A stretch of DNA of 64,000 nt from an uncultured Bdellovibrionales bacterium (lineage in GTDB: Bacteria > Bdellovibrionota_C > UBA2361 > SZUA-149 > CAZDWZ01). The translations under genes and the position numbers were made by a program. Every line of letters begins with the position of its first letter. The first letter of the stretch is position 1. The stretch is taken from positions 17,011-81,010 of the forward strand of contig CAZDWZ010000008.1 of NCBI GenBank assembly GCA_964509425.1. The letters are read 5' to 3'. Positions 62,655-64,000 of the stretch are shown piece after piece. The notes under the pieces were generated by a model. That model saw nothing but the letters and a program-made list of their open reading frames with translations. It searched no databases and had not been told where the DNA came from.

Positions 62655-63280
62655 TCAAGGGCGCGACCGAGCCGAGCGTACGCATGAGCTGACAAGCTCT
62701 GCTACTAACCCACCACCGGACGGCCTCATCACGGCATAGCTTGTACCGAGCTACACCTCGAGACCGTCTCGAAGTGTGCTCCTACAGCATATTGCCGGTT
62801 GGGCTAGCAGCGGTGCGTACGCAAGGCGGCGGGCCTGGGAATCTTTCGAAGTAAGCGACCGGCCGACGCGCAGCACCTTTGTGCGCGTCGGCATCGCCAG
62901 ACTTCGGTTCCTAGGTCCGTCACTTTTGTGGTGGCGTATTTTGCCGGATCTCTTCGTTGAAAGATTCCGCCTTCGCCAAGGCTTCGGCGGACAAGCTCCT
63001 TTTGCTGAAGCTACTTCGGGGAATTTCGCAGGAGTAAACTCCGCTCCTCGCCGCTCTTTCGCCTCGACCTCCGCCAAAATACCCCACCAACTTCGACTCT
63101 TATTTTCTATTTTCCAATCGCGAGAGCGATCTCGCCCTGGATGGTCTTGCCGCTGCCGCTGTCGCGGCTCTTTTCTTTTGATTTAAGCACGCCTCTCAGA
63201 AATTTTCGTATAACCCTCGACGTGGTCCTTGTTGGCCGCGATGGCGTTTATTTTTTCGATAGTTTTTGGAATGCGGTTTT

Positions 63281-63658
63281 ATGAAGCGGAAATTTCTCGT
63301 AGCGCTTTCTTTTTGCCTCACCTTTATCGGCTCCACGGCAATTTCTTCTCGTTCTGCGGTTGCAGACGATAGGCCCGCTTGCGTGCTTGAGGTGATCTAC
63401 GACGCGAACACTCCGCCCTGGCTGTTCTGGCTCTTTAAAGCGGGGACGACTCCTTGCGCGGGCGGTGTTTCGGCTTGTCTTACCAAGGAAGGAAACTCTC
63501 CTCCTGCCTCGCGTATTGAAGAGGGCGACATCTTCACGGGGGTTTGCTGGGATAAGCTCCCGAAGGGGAATGTTCAGGCTGTGAACTCGCGGATAATCGA
63601 CGAGTTCTTCATAAACGTCATCTTCCCGCTCCTCGGTGGGCCGACGTTTCTCCCATAA
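63281..63658 (+). CDS. Small secreted Cys-containing hypothetical protein
   Basis: Signal peptide MKRKFLVALSFCLTFIGSTAISSRSAVA from ATG 63281. Four Cys in the mature part. Confidence 0.55.
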   Translation: MKRKFLVALSFCLTFIGSTAISSRSAVADDRPACVLEVIYDANTPPWLFWLFKAGTTPCAGGVSACLTKEGNSPPASRIEEGDIFTGVCWDKLPKGNVQAVNSRIIDEFFINVIFPLLGGPTFLP

Positions 63659-63693
63659 AAAAAGCCCCGCAACTTCCGAAGAAGCTACGGGGC
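63656..63693 (-). terminator. Rho-independent terminator (read on the minus strand) shared by convergent genes
   Basis: gccccg (63664-63669) pairs with cggggc (63688-63693), with an inner cttc-cgaa-gaag stem. The A-run at 63656-63663 becomes the U-run on the minus strand. Confidence 0.6.
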
Positions 63694-63712
63694 CGGAGGG
63701 AGAGGGAGAATT

Positions 63713-64000
63713 TTAGATTCCGAAATCGTGTGCGAACTCAACACCGATTACAAACTTATCCCGAACCCGGTCGAACTCGCCTTTCGATTCGTCGGCATTA
63801 TCAACCGCGAAGATGTAGGTGAGGTTCGGTCGAACTTGGAAGATTCCGAGCTTCGCCGTTGTCGAGATACCGATGTTGATGTGTTCGAGACCGTTCCCGT
63901 TGTAGATCAACTTGTCGTCGTTTGCATTTGAGGCAAATCCGAAGAGCACGAACGGAGTCAGGTTGAAGTCCTCGCCGAGCGCCGGAGTTTCGAAACGATG
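63713..64000 (-). CDS. C-terminal part of a probable outer-membrane beta-barrel protein (partial, continues beyond the window)
   Basis: The reading frame is open to the window edge. The pattern alternates hydrophobic and polar residues (NLTYIFAVDN, FVIGVEFAHDFGI*). The terminator follows directly. Confidence 0.45.
   Translation of the reverse strand, partial: HRFETPALGEDFNLTPFVLFGFASNANDDKLIYNGNGLEHINIGISTTAKLGIFQVRPNLTYIFAVDNADESKGEFDRVRDKFVIGVEFAHDFGI

Noticed and set aside
62200-63200. Known housekeeping RNAs (tmRNA, RNase P RNA, SRP/4.5S, 6S) or a group II intron in the GC-rich non-coding core
   Set aside because: I could not find the diagnostic strings: the tmRNA 5' GGGGCTG with a T-arm GGTTCGA..TCC 3' end, RNase P GGAAAGTCCGG, the SRP GGAAGCAGCC loop, or intron domain V. 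This needs cmsearch to be certain.

Overview
This is a 64-kb chromosomal segment from a moderate-GC Gram-negative-type bacterium. I see no rRNA, tRNA, CRISPR array, integrase or intact transposase. About 50 CDSs look credible.

Housekeeping genes: secA, bioD, an RlmI-like methyltransferase, a tightly overlapping minus-strand string folB-trpC-trpB-trpA-YfcE-like phosphoesterase, aspS, xth, pdxH, a bifunctional PBP1-type peptidoglycan synthase, and a threonine-dehydratase-like PLP enzyme.

Envelope and signalling modules:
- Two divergent M48 proteases, one fused to WG repeats.
- A MoxR / DUF58 / BatA-N / double-vWA cluster, preceded by an 813-aa membrane protein that is mostly K/E/S/G/Q low-complexity sequence.
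- An ABC exporter with a membrane-anchored accessory gene.
- An ECF sigma, followed by a 1066-aa zinc-finger anti-sigma that carries a TraB/VirB10-like segment and a degenerate vWA domain, followed by a 1025-aa envelope protein.
- An SNF2 helicase with a SWIM-family-like partner that has no zinc finger.
- An orphan parB, an FHA-adenylate/guanylate cyclase, and a Ser/Thr kinase.

The most unusual signals are non-coding:
- A 2.7-kb ORF desert (60.6-63.3 kb). It has a pyrimidine-rich strand, two copies of a hairpin module and a 13-bp tandem repeat. It also holds a GC-rich core with a 52-codon His/Gly-rich ORF in which every codon ends in G or C.
- A ~240-nt imperfect hairpin built from CTCAGT/GAGACT hexamers between the low-complexity gene and moxR.
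- Four REP-like GAACCACAGAG elements arranged as two inverted pairs.
- A truncated IS3-family left end that now supplies the stop codon of the WG-M48 protease gene.

All family assignments rest on motifs read by eye and on memory. No searches were run.
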